Shown: positions 1 to 14,910 of the stretch, one piece after another
How the letters are laid out: each line of letters opens with the position of its first letter
Numbering within the stretch: the stretch's first letter is position 1
Assembly: GCF_009914755.1 (NCBI RefSeq)
Contig: NC_060927.1
From: the human T2T-CHM13v2.0 reference genome, Homo sapiens
Strand: one strand, 5' to 3'
Length of the DNA stretch: 64,000 nt
Notes under the pieces: generated by a model
Database searches by the model: none
What the model was told of the DNA's origin: nothing
The model's input: only the letters and a program-made list of their open reading frames with translations
Translations under genes and position numbers: made by a program

Positions 1-480
1 ATTGAATTGTCTTATTGTCTTTGTCCTTTACTGCTGAGACTGAAAGAACATCTCAACTTCATCTTCTACATCAGTGATTTAATTCTCAATAGTGACTATT
101 TGTCTCTTTTTTATCCTATATAAAAATTTTAATCCTGCCATTGCAATTTTGATTTTCCTATTATCACTCCTTAGCCCATCAATCTCATTTTCATTCCATT
201 TTATTTTCATTTCACTTTGATTCCCTTATGGCAGCCTTTTTTGTCATATAGAGGTCATATCTTTTTGTATTCAATTATGGACATCAAGCGTTTTTCTGAT
301 TTTCCCCTGTTTTTGTGCATAATCATTTTTGGAAGATAGCTCTGAATCTTTAGGGTAATACTTTTTTTCCTTTTTATGCCATATTTCTTCACAGATTCCT
401 GTTGGATTCCCCCCACCCCATTCATTCATATAGAAGAATGAGAGTCCATCTAATCTCTTGTTTGTTAACCATGTTTGCAC
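1..480 (-). mobile_element. Old, degraded L1M fragment
   Basis: T-rich tract resembling antisense ancient L1; boundaries approximate. Confidence 0.35.
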
Positions 481-525
481 CAACATGGTGCAAGAATTGA
501 CAATTAATTCATACTTTGTCCTCTT

Positions 526-631
526 GGTTGCATGTGCTATTCATTAATGAGTGTTTTAAAGGAGGCTATTTTTATGTGTGAAGCAGTCAAAAAAAAAAAC
601 AACTAACCTAAGAGATAACCTTGGAAAATAA
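526..631 (+). repeat. Diverged direct repeat, copy A (partner 1907-2003)
   Basis: GGTTGCATGTGCTATT...TTTTAAAGGAGGCT..TTTTTATGT..GAAG.AGTC, ~80% identical to copy B over ~64 nt. Confidence 0.75.
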
Positions 632-1906
632 TGTCGGGTGTATAGTTCCCATCTTTATTCTCAAGATCTTGCATAAATTCATTGAGTGCAGCTCTGTTGA
701 TCTGTTGTGATCTTACTCTATTACCACTAGGTAGTATTTTATGAAATACATGAAAAATCTACAATTTCCAGCAAGTACCAGAGGCATGTCCTTTGTCTTC
801 TCTTGTTATTCCTCTCAGCTTCCTGTCCATTTGATTTCTGGGAGCTTTGGTCTCTTATTAGATGTAACAAAAGAGAGAACGGCCTGGGGTGGGAGGGAGT
901 GAAAATGAATGGAAGGAAGACAGCACCATGACGACTTCAAAAATAAACACCTGTAGTATAGGGGACATATGTGTGATTTACAAGTAAGTCTAATCTGGTA
1001 TTTTGGAGGGGTCTGACAGATAAAGGCTCTTCCACTTCCTATTAATTAGGCATTACAGTCAGCAGAAAGGTATGCAACATATTAGCTCTAGGTTGACCAT
1101 CAGCCCTAGTTTGGCTTATAGCTCTGGGGTTTCACCATGTATCATGGCTTCCTATGTATTCTAATGGAAAGTGTGAGAGTGTGCATCAAAAGCTGCTAAT
1201 CAGATGCTATTCTAAACCAGAAGCCACAGGGGAAAACTGTAAATGAGCACTCACCCAAATGATGATGAATGTCAAGTTAGTGGAGTCTGAAAGCAGGAGA
1301 TCTTATTTATTGTATAAAAGCAGAAAAATGATCTTTTCTAATTAAACAAGGGTCTCAGCTTCACAGTGTTTATTGTTAGAGAAAAACTAAAATTCGATCT
1401 ATGATGGTGCTTTTAAAATGAAAGAAACCTCATTTTTGATTTGTATTTTACTATGCTGCAGCTCTCCTATAAATTAGAAATGATCATGACACTGTGAGAA
1501 TTTATTAACACCATAAATATGGTGAGATTATTTTATAATAGTGTTACTCAGTTCTCCTCTATAAATGCTTATCTTCAATAATTCTGATTCTCTAGAGGAG
1601 AAAAAGCCTGACTCTAGCACCTCACACTTTAATGAATTTATGGTACATATATTTTTAAGATGGTCAACATTTCTTTCTTTTCCCTATGAAAGCATATAAT
1701 AAAGTCATAAACTGTTCTTAATCACATAGTGTCTTTTTTATAGTCAAATGTTGCATTTCACAGATTAGTGTCCAATTTTCTTTGAACCTTTCATGATTTT
1801 AACAGAAACACCATTTTTAAATGCTTATTTTAAAGTCAGCAGACATAAACAGGTCCTGTGACAGGCAAAAAGACACTTTTTTTCTGGGATTATGTGAAAG
1901 TGACTG

Positions 1907-2003
1907 GGTTGCACATGCTATTAACATATGAGGTTTTTAAAGGAGGCTCTTTTTTATGTAAGAAGGAGTCTCAAAAAAGTACACAGTACCATTGTGAAAA
2001 TAA
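1907..2003 (+). repeat. Diverged direct repeat, copy B (partner 526-631)
   Basis: GGTTGCACATGCTATT...TTTTAAAGGAGGCT..TTTTTATGT..GAAG.AGTC...GAAAATAA. Confidence 0.75.
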
Positions 2004-2840
2004 CAGCCTTTACACTTGTCAAGGGAAATAAAGAGGCATCAGGCTGCTATTTTTCAAATTATGCAGGATTGATTTAGTGTAGACTGCCACCGAACATTCT
2101 TCATAAACCTGCTATGTTAAAATGTAAATTCTTAATTCAATAATTTTCCTCCAAGCTCCTCCCACCCTTGCTTTGTCTTTATTTCTCCAATTCTTTGTAG
2201 GAGATTAGAGGACACATTATTCGTGGGTCGGGAGGAATTCAATGAATCATGAAGAAAAGATAATTTATAAAGGCAAGTCACTATCTCATGTTCAATATGC
2301 GTAAATAATAATGATGTATTGTCATGATACAATGATCTGTTTTCTATTTATAGCTCTTGTCCTGGGAAAAATTAAGTGCCACATAATTTCCATGTAAAAA
2401 GATCAATTTATGAGCCACTTGTCTATCAGAGGTGAGCATCATTTGGAAGCAATGAGTATGCCAGTGAATTGCATTGTTTCTTTCTTTTGGAAACAATACA
2501 AGCTCAAACTTTTGACATCCACTCCTGCTCTTTGACAAAAAAGAGCAAATGGTTTCAAGAGTGAACACTAAGTTATTTATGGCAAAGCACAGTTGTTTTT
2601 GGCCACAGTATGTTGGTTTGGCTTTATAATGTTTCTAAAAAGGTATATATACATTTGTCCAAAGTGTATATGTCTAAAATTATGTGATGCCAGTGGCACA
2701 ACTGATGACACTGATGACATGGTTTTTATTTAATGTTTTATAAAGCAATTTGCTTCTGGGTACTTTTAGAAGCTACAGCATCAGTGTTGTCTAGTTAACT
2801 TTTTTGGTTGAATCTTTTGTCAACTAAGCCAAGGAAGGTT

Positions 2841-3100
2841 TTTTAAATTGAGGTATAATATGCATACAGCAACATGCACAAATTCTAAGCAGATAGCTTG
2901 GTGAATGTTTACATATATCTATGGCCATTGTAACAACTAACCAGATCAAGATACAAGCATTTCCAGCCACTCAGAAGGCTCCTTCACACCTCTGCCCAAG
3001 ATGTAACCAATACTTTAATTACTTTCACTAAATAATCATCTTTCTTATATCTGAACTTATAAATGGAATTTACAATATGAACTCTTATGTCTACCTTCCC
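2841..3100 (-). mobile_element. L1MC/L1ME 3' end fragment
   Basis: TTGAGGTATAA...CCAGATCAAGATA...CATTTCCAGC..CCAGAAGGCTCC, typical antisense old L1 3' UTR. Confidence 0.6.
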
Positions 3101-3267
3101 ATAGAAGCCAGTCATAAGAATGATTTCACTCAATTATTCTTTGGATTAGGCTAAATTGCTAGTTTCTCTGGTTTTTTAGAGGTCCAATAGCAGTGTCATT
3201 TTAGAAATAACAATTGCCTTTTCCTCATAAGGTTTTGGGTGGAGTTTTGTCCTCTTTGGAGAAGGAA

Positions 3268-3775
3268 CATTCATTCACTTATTTATTTATTCGTTCATTT
3301 ACAGAATATGTATTAAGCATCTACCACGTGCCATGGGAAGTGCTGGTGTAACCAGGAAGATGAAGAAAAAAATGCACATGGTAACCAACCCCAGGGGTTT
3401 ACAGTCCAATGAGGGAGACCGACAAAACACCAAGCAAATGTAGAAGTGGTGGTCAGTGACTTCAAGTAAAAGTAAAGGAGATGGATGTGATGAAAGACAG
3501 TAACAGAAGTTATATTTCAGACAGGTTGTTCAGGGAGGGCCTCTGAGGAAGTGATATTTCAGTGGAAGCCTGGAGGGTGAGAAGATGATGGGTAGGTGGA
3601 GAGTTGGGAGAAGAACAATCAAAGCCAAAGGAACAGCGTGGGCACGCCTGAGGCTGAAGAGCACCCGCATGGAGAAACCCAAAAGGCTGATGTGCCCACT
3701 GGATAGTGAAGGAGGGAGAAGAAGGTGTGAGATGAAATTGGAGAATGGGGAAAGGCAGTAACCTAAAGGACTGCC
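3268..3775 (-). mobile_element. LINE2 (L2) 3' fragment
   Basis: CATTCATTCA start, then TATTAAGCATCTAC..GTGCCA and GGGAGGGCCTCTGAGGAAGTGATATT. Confidence 0.7.
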
Positions 3776-3953
3776 CACAGTTTGTACTTGAAAACTTCAC
3801 ATTGATTTCAATCCTGAACGTCTTGTGATCTGGAGTTCCCATTGGATTTTTGGTTATAATGAGTCAGTGCATCAAGAGTACCTTGAGGCCGTTACTGGGG
3901 TGGGCCTTAAATGAGCACACAGAGATGCTATACACATAGTGAGTATGTATGTA

Positions 3954-4233
<280 letters not shown>

Positions 4234-4463
4234 TTCCAAAATTGAGTATTATGACTCTTATTTTGAGGTATCTAAGAGAAGAATTGAAGAAAAATGATTT
4301 CAGACCCAAGTCAGGGCCATCACACTGGGATGGAATTTAGGAATTCTGATACCAATTCAAACTCTAGGATATCAATTTAGGTCCAAGTACTTTTTATTTT
4401 GAAGTAGTGGCCAGACAAGTATTTTATTACTGACCTTGTTTGGAATTGTCAGAGCATGGTCCT

Positions 4464-4489
4464 AAAAAAAAAAAAAAAAAAAAAAAAAA
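4464..4489 (+). repeat. Poly(A)26 mononucleotide run
   Basis: Read directly. Confidence 0.9.
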
Positions 4490-4910
4490 GGTAGAAAGAC
4501 TTGGGTTGATTTTACTATTGTTTCAAAATTCTCTGCAGAAAATGCACCCTTTATTGCGTATATCCAGGCTTCATGTACTTACTTTGATACATCTATCTTC
4601 TGAAACATTGATTTTGGGAAATTGTTATTTTAGCCATGAAAGTAGTTTAAAATTTAGAGGCTGAGGAGAAAGAACGCTTTATTATCCCAAATTCACAAAT
4701 TCTGGAATTTCATGGTAAAATATATAATTAAATATAAAGGAAAATTATAAATTCTCACTAAAATCAAATTGAATACTCATTCCACTTCTCATGAGATGGT
4801 AATGAGGTGGTATAATGTTGGTGTAAAATATTTATAAAAATTAATTGTGCTAGATAAAAAGTTTCACTGCTAGTACTATGGTGTTTTGAACCATATGGTA
4901 TTGCTTAGAG

Positions 4911-5527
<617 letters not shown>

Positions 5528-5699
5528 ACATAGAGGTGGATAATATGAGCTTTAGCAAATGAAGTTTATCGCCCAGCTGCATCATTACTGGAATTCTTTG
5601 AAAGTGATATCTTTAGCTGTTAAATGGTCACAATAATAGTTACCTCACTTGTTTATGATGAGGGAAATACGGTAAATTATGGACAGTACATCAACTATG

Positions 5700-6290
5700 A
5701 GTCTTTGGATTACACACTACAGAAAACCCAACCAAACTTAGCTTAATAAAAAGGAGCACATTTCATGGCTCCCTCTTCTTAAAAAGGCAAGAGGAGCTAC
5801 TGTTTGATCTAGACTTTGTGGGGTCATGAGGGATCTAGCTCTGTGTCTCGTCCTCCTCTGAGTCTTGGCTTTGTCCCCACAATGACTTCCCTCATCACAC
5901 AACAATGGCTGCAGAATTTCCAGGCCACCCATCCTCATACCACACCCTCCAGCTGAAAGGAACTTATCTCTTTTAGTGGTTTCCATGAAAGAGAGAGGCA
6001 GCTTCTTTTCCCAGTATCTGGATCCATGCTCATTTCCAAATGAACATGTTTAATTCACATATTTATTTCCATATCAATCACCATGTGTGTTGGCAGGAGG
6101 GAGGAAGAAACGCATTTATTTGAGGGCATTTGAAACTCATCCCCAGAACTAAGGGTGAAGTCAATCTTACCCAAACCTTGTGACTGCCAATATGGAGTGC
6201 TGATTCCCCCAAAGGAAAACTGGATGGATTGGGTGCTAGAAAAGAGAGATAGAGTCTAGGAGAAGACAAACGGCCACAATAGTATGTAAA
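5700..6290 (-). mobile_element. Old MLT1 (MaLR) LTR fragments
   Basis: CAGAAAACCCAACCAAACTTAGCTTAA and ATGGCTGCAG..TTCCAGGC motifs. Confidence 0.45.
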
Positions 6291-7328
6291 GAATCTAGCA
6301 TATAATAGCTGTGCAGAAATGAAGATACCTTTCTCCCTCAATCTGAGAAATCCTTTCATGGCCCTCACTTCTGGGATCACTTCCCTAGTGAACAGCATGA
6401 AACCTCTCTGACCATATAATTATGAGGGTTGACTGGCGTGGGGGAGATACTTGACTCAATCAAATCAAGCCTGGCTGCATAGACTGTCCATCTCAATAAA
6501 CATAATTTTATGCTGTGAGGCATTTTGTAGTCTAATAGTGCTGAAACGGCCAAAGAGAATGACTCTAAAGGGAAATGAAAGCTGCACTAAAGAACAAATA
6601 GCCTGTCGGTGGAGGGGGGAAATGTGAGTTCAGATGTTTCTGTATGCCAGGCTGAGATTCTGACAATTAAATGCTGAAGATGAAAATGCTAGAGTTCAAC
6701 TTCCATAAATAAGCCATGGCTCCAGGGAAGACCTGGGCTCCTGAGTCAAAGGAGGCCATATTTTCCAATCAGTATCACTCTTTAGAAAAATTACTAACTG
6801 AGTTGCTTTTCTTTAAAGCAGCATTCATTTTGGTCTGAAGATTTCAACCCTTAAAAGGTGCACACTAGTAAATGGCATTATTTTGACACGTCACATGAAT
6901 ATCACCATGAATTACAAAACATTAGAAATATCAGAGTTAATATGATGTTTCTAAATATTATTATTTATCCACAAACATAAAGAGGAGTGTGAGGCCTTTT
7001 ACCTGCTGTGTTTCTCTTTTCAAGTTTATTTTAGGAATTTTTATTGGTAACCCTTGACATTTTCTTCTTGCCAGCAGTTTTATTCAAAGTCTGGCACATT
7101 CTGTTTCACTTCTTTTTAAGAGAAGAAAGAAAATGCCTTTAACAAGAGACTCAAAAGTTGGCTGGGTGAAAACTCTGCCTTCTTGTTTAATGGCTCCCAC
7201 TCCCACTATCCTTTACAATATACACGATTCCATAGACAGCTGCACACAACTATTAAATTAGAAAATCTAAAAAGAATTAATCCAGCCATCCATTGATTGG
7301 GTCAGCGTTAACTTATTGCAAGTTTTCC

Positions 7329-7652
7329 TTTCTTTTTTTTTTTTTTTTTTTTTTTTTGAGACAGAGGCTTGCTCTGTTGCCCAGGCTGCTGGAGTGCAGT
7401 GGTGCGATCTTGACTCACTGCAACCTCTGTCTCCCAGGTTCAGGTGATTCTCCTGCCTCAGCCTCCTGAGTAGCTGGGATCACAGGCATGTGCCACCATG
7501 CCTGGCTAATTTATTTATTTTTTTGTATTTTTAGTAGAGACGGGGTTTCACCATGTTGGCCAGGCTGGTCTCAAACTTCTGGCCTCAAGTTATCCGCCCA
7601 CCTCAGCCTCCCAAAGTGCTGGAATCACAGGCTTGAGCCACAGTGCCTGTCC
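7329..7652 (-). mobile_element. AluS
   Basis: T25 run followed by full antisense Alu dimer. Confidence 0.95.
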
Positions 7653-7869
7653 TATAACTGTTTTGGGACCAATGTTATAAGTATTTCTTTTCATGATAGA
7701 AATTTGGAAAATATTGTACAGTTTAAATAAGACCTACCCATAATTCTACACAGTAGAAATGACCATTGATCTTACTAGACATTGTTTAGTGCGCTTTGTT
7801 CATGTAACATTATATTGTTAAGATTTTATGAATTCAATAGAAAACACTTAAAAAATTAATGCAAGTAAT

Positions 7870-9318
<1,449 letters not shown>

Positions 9319-9950
9319 AAAGAAATTCTAGAATTTTCAGAAAATATAAAATATGCAACAATTTGCACAGCTATCAGCAATGTTTGGAAGTCCCCATCTT
9401 GGTACCCACATCATCATTGAGAATTATCAGTTTCTAGGGTAAAAATGGCTTCTCCTTGTTTTAAAACATGCATGCCTTTGTTTCACAGTAAAATTGAGTC
9501 TTTTTCATTTTCATAAGTTTTGTTTATTTTTGCTTTTTATTAACTTTTTTCTTGGAAATTACTGTTCAGCTACCTTTTTCTAATTTTCTATTGCTGCCAT
9601 TTTTTTTCCTTATTGACTTATAAGAGTTCTGTATAGATTAAGTATATAAATACTTCGTCATATTTATGGTATTTTTTCTCAGTTTGTTTGCCTTTTTATT
9701 TACGTTTTGAAGAGCAGAGTCTTTTTCTGTTTTGTTATAATGGTCAAATTTATTGTTCTCTTTCTTCAACATTTAGTTCATGCTTTTATCTCCATAGGCA
9801 GAAATACAACAATATTTGCTCAAATTTTCTTGCCATTTTTTATAATTTTATTTTATATAAAAGTTTACATTAATCTGGATTTACTCTGGTATTTGGTGTC
9901 AGGTCTGAATTTTCCTCATTCTTTTTTGTATGTCAACAATTTCACAACAC

Positions 9951-10551
<601 letters not shown>

Positions 10552-10763
10552 TATTTTAATATTTAATGTGACTTCTATTTCTATCCACTTATTTTTGAGA
10601 GTTTTTTGGCTTTTATCATCCACTTAATTCTCCAAACGCTTATTGACTTTGTTCTGTTTGCCAGGTACTGTGCTAAGAAGTGGAGATAAAAATCTGGAAG
10701 GGCAGACAGCCTTTAATGTTTTGTTTAGAAATGTATGAATGCCATAGCAGCAGAAAATAACTA

Positions 10764-10965
10764 AAATAGCTAACACTTAGTGCTTCCCATGGGCCAGGCA
10801 CTATTTAAGTGTTTTACATATATTAACACATTTAATCCTCAAAAAAATTATCTGAGCTAGGTTCTATTCTATTCTTCTTTATTTATGTCGAAAATTGGAC
10901 ACAAAGGGTAACTTGCCCAAGGCTGAACAGCTAGTTAGCAGGAGAGCCCAGATTCGAAACTGGGT
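10764..10965 (-). mobile_element. MIR
   Basis: GCCAGGCACT..CATTTAATCCTCA..GTAACTTGCCCAAGG..CAGCTAGT. Confidence 0.8.
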
Positions 10966-10979
10966 ATTTTAAAAAATTG

Positions 10980-11626
10980 AAACCCTCTTACTTTGCTAGT
11001 GGGAATGAAAAATAGTGCAACGGCTATGGGAGACATTTTGACAGGTCCTCAAAAAGTTAAAGATAGAATTACCATATGACCCAGAAATTTCACTCCTAGG
11101 TATGTACCCAAAAGTACTGAAAATATGCATTCAGATACTTGTACACAAATATTCATAGCAGAATTATTCACAATAGTCAAAAGGTGGAAACAACTCAAAT
11201 GTCCATCGATCGATAAATACATAAACATAATATAGAACACCCACACAATGGAAGGTTTTACAGCAACCTTCAGCAAAAGTAATGTAGTACTCATACATGC
11301 TACAGCATATGTGAAACTTGAAAACATGCCAAGTGGAAGAGCCAGACACAAAAACCAGTCACATATAGTTCCATTTCTATCAAATATCTAGAAGAGGTAA
11401 ATTCATGAAAACAAAAGACAGTTTAATGATTGTCAGGGAATAAGGGGAGGAGGGAATGGGAACTGACTTGTTAATGGGTATAGAATTTCCTTTGGGAGTA
11501 TTGAAAATGTTTTGGAACTTGATCGAGCTGATGATTGCCTAACATTGTGAATGTGCTAAGTGTCACTGAATTGTACACCTTAAAATAGTTAGTTTTATGT
11601 TATATGATTTTTTTCCTCAATAAAAA
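10980..11626 (+). mobile_element. L1MB 3' end
   Basis: TAGAATTACCATATGACCCAG..CACTCCTAGGTAT; ends CACTGAATTGTACAC..CTCAATAAAAAA. Confidence 0.85.
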
Positions 11627-11798
11627 AGGGGGTTTGGTTTTCTTACTGAGTTTTTGCTTTTAACCACCCACTGTACTGCTATATACAATACAGAGAAGTA
11701 AACCAAATCTTATCCAATCCTGAGGGTGAGGAATAGCTTTACAGAGGAGCTGATACATGAGCTGGGTATGGAAGAATGCGTAGGGGTCGACCAGACAG

Positions 11799-11802
<4 letters not shown>

Positions 11803-11851
<49 letters not shown>

Positions 11852-11852
11852 G
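11803..11852. repeat. Compound microsatellite (TG)14(AG)11 within an L2 fragment (~11660-11960)
   Basis: Read directly. Confidence 0.93.
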
Positions 11853-12289
11853 GTGGGGATTCTAGATAGGTAAAACAGCTTGTGAAAATTCATGGGCTCA
11901 AAACAGAGGAAGTGAAGGCAGTTTGGTGACAATGGAATATAGGGCTTTAGTGGAAAAGAGGGTAGTGTTAGGGATGAGGTTAAAGACTGATATTAATTTA
12001 ACACATATTTATCAATTGCACATTTCCATAGGCCAAAGATTGGAAATTTCTAGAGCTCTTTTTGGATAGCAACAAAAATTCATGTTGGCTTAGGATACTT
12101 ATTATTACAGTGGTGTCCAAATATATTTAACTGCTGAACTCCAATATATAAAGATGTTTGCTTATGAATCTCTCATTGTAGTCTTTGAACCGACTCTAGA
12201 TAACCTTGAACATATTTTTTACACAGGTATTCATTTACTTTTCATGCCGCTAAATACATAGCAACTTAATTTTTACTTACCTGTGGCAC

Positions 12290-12726
12290 TCATTGACCAT
12301 ATCCCCTTGGTGTTGAACATTTCTGGGCCTGTTGGCCCCTCAACTTCTAAATGCCAATGGCTGAGTTTCCTTGTCTGTTTTTTCCCTTTATCACAAGAAT
12401 GCACACTTTCCGCGTGCAGAGCAGGTCAGAAATGCTAGGGAATTATAACTCTCAGAAGTAGCCATCAACAAATGATGGTTAGGAATTGATGGACACATAC
12501 ATCAGCTCCCTCTCTCCCTGGATGGAATAACTCTGAGGTGCATGTTCAACACAGTCTTCCAGAATCCCAGACAGAATGAAGCTCCAGATGCTTACAGTAG
12601 TAACTTGCTCGATAATTTCCCCTTTATTTGCTTCATTTACTCCATTGTCTTACTTCCCTGCCCCTACTTGCCTTCAAATCTTTGTGAGACAAAGGGTTTG
12701 CTCTGGGAGAAACTCAAATTAAGATA
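12290..12726 (+). mobile_element. LTR16-family (ERVL) solo LTR
   Basis: AACTCTGAGGTGCATGTTC..CAGTAGTAACTTGCTCGATAA..TGCTCTGGGAGAAACTCAAATTAAGATA. Confidence 0.7.
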
Positions 12727-13148
12727 CTCACAGATTTCAGTCCAAAGTCACTTCCTCAGTACATCAGTCAGAACCTAGTTAGGAAAAGAGAATCCACTTA
12801 GGTATTTCAAATACAGGAGATTTAATACAAGGAACTGGTTACCAAGAGAGAAGGAATGATACCTAGATTTCAGAAGCTATTTTTCCCTCTGGCTGGAAAC
12901 CAGTAGCCTACATTGGAGAACAAATAGACAAATAACACTCAGGGAAGTATTTTCTGACCCCCAGACAAGGTAAAAACAAACAAAACAAAAAACCCCGAGA
13001 ACCTCCTACTGTCTGCTTTCATAGCACCCAATTGCTTTAGTTTAACTCTTATTTCTGTGACAATTTGATTAATGTCTATCATCCTCACTAGATTACAAAT
13101 CCAAGAGTACAAGCTCACTAAATATCTGGTTGAAGGAATGACTAAATA

Positions 13149-13352
13149 AGTGGTGTGCCAGAACCAGCTTGTACCAGCTCATGAAAGCCAGTTATGCAAT
13201 TCTCTTTCTAACTCTATGTTCAGTGATATCAGGTTGGTAGTTTAAAATTAGCCGTTATGAGAGTATTTATACCACAGAAATCAGCGAACATTACAAATAG
13301 GAGCTTCTCTATTTGAAGAACTCAGTTGTGAAACATTTATCGGTATACCACT
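13149..13352 (+). mobile_element. MER63 (hAT-Blackjack) non-autonomous transposon
   Basis: Termini AGTGGTGTGC...GTATACCACT; internal TTCAGTGATATCAGGTTGGTAG. Confidence 0.8.
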
Positions 13353-14067
13353 AAGTGAATCCTATTTAACAATGCAAGATAACACAATGTATCCATTTCC
13401 ATAGCTCCATGATTATGACTTTCATGGAAGGTCTTAGCCTCTGTCTATATTTGTGCAAAGAGAGGAAGAAATTTTCAAGGAGTTTTTCTCTTAGGCACGT
13501 ACCTTCAAGGACATCTGGTATAGACTTCTTCTATTGCATTGTTTAGCAAAAAGAAAGAAGAATCAGAAAGGGCAAGTTAGATTGGCAACATGCTCATCCC
13601 TTCCAGCATTCATGTACACATGAGTTCTGACCCCTCAGCCTGTTCAGCAAATGCAAGATGCAGAGACGCCGCCGACCAAGCTGTCTTTCAAACCTCTGCC
13701 ACCCCAGGTGCTTGCGGATGTGACTGTAATCTTTCTCCAGATTCAATATTTTAATATGGACATAATTTTGTACATAGGAAAGTAAACTCTTTTCATGGGA
13801 TGCCCAGGTTCTACCCTGTAGCCTTAACTAAGCACCTACAAATACTGCATAGAAAATTGTAGCTTCACCTACTAGAAGATTGATATTACTTTTATGGGAA
13901 AGGGAGGTTTGTGAGCAGATGCTCACAAAGACTGCTCTTTGAACAAGTCATTGCAATTAGGTTGTAGAAAACTATACTAGGATGCAAGAAAAATGGTTTA
14001 ATGTATATTAAATTTAAAAGTAGCATCTTTTACAACATTTCCTATCATTTCATTTCTTATTATTTCA

Positions 14068-14910
14068 TGTTTGCACACCGGCGCAAAAGCAACGATGGGC
14101 CAAACTGCTGGGTCTTGGTGGGAAACAAGACAGAGATACCCAACTGTCCTAGTACCCATGATATTCTTCACTGCCACACATTTACAGGTACAAATAATAG
14201 TAATACAAAATAAAAATAATAAATGATGATTCCACTGAAGTGTGTTTGATGCAGCAAGTTATTAGCCTTATTAAGTACCAACCCTCAATTTTCTGTGTGA
14301 CAAAACGAGAAGTACGTACGAAGCGTTTTTGCTAACTTTTGAAGTACTATAGTTGTCTTGAGGAAAAGCACTTGTGCAATTGTTTGAGTTGTGAGCTAAA
14401 CTAACTGCTTTTTTTCATGGGACATGATCTCTGTTTCATAAAACTACTTTTCATGGGATTGTTATTCAATCTAGGACATTTGTTGGACCATTTTCTTGAA
14501 AATGAGTAAAGTGAAACGGTTACTACAAAGAAAACAACGGACAGGATTTATTGCCAATGATAAAAATCAAGCTTTCCAGTGAAAATGTGAATGTTGGAAA
14601 TTTTTATAAGTACTACTGTTAGCTTGACACCATGAGTTTGACTCCGTGAGTTTTTCCAATGAGATTGGTGGTAATATTAACATATGTGTTTTTGGTATTT
14701 TAATGAAATGTGCAGTATTTAGGAGATCAGCACAATTCAATAAACCAATATTTTCCAAATGATTGGCTAGATGGTGTTACAATATCATATGTGGCTGAAA
14801 GATCCATTTAAAGTAAAAGTTAGACCAATGGATTTTAGTGACACAGAATACAAAAAGTTCATTGATAAGATTCCACATTGAACCTAGCCTTTAATAAACT
14901 ATCACTTGTC
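14068..14910 (+). mobile_element. Charlie1-family hAT transposase internal fragment (pseudogenised)
   Basis: Decayed GAKATMGQTAG and NCPSTHDILHCH resemble the hAT TDGA..M.G and HC..H.H motifs; GAGGAAAAGCACTTGTGCAATTGTTTGAGTTG. Confidence 0.75.

Noticed and set aside
6420-6506. Weak inverted repeat suggesting a MITE or hairpin RNA
   Set aside because: The arms pair poorly, and I could support no TSD or family assignment.
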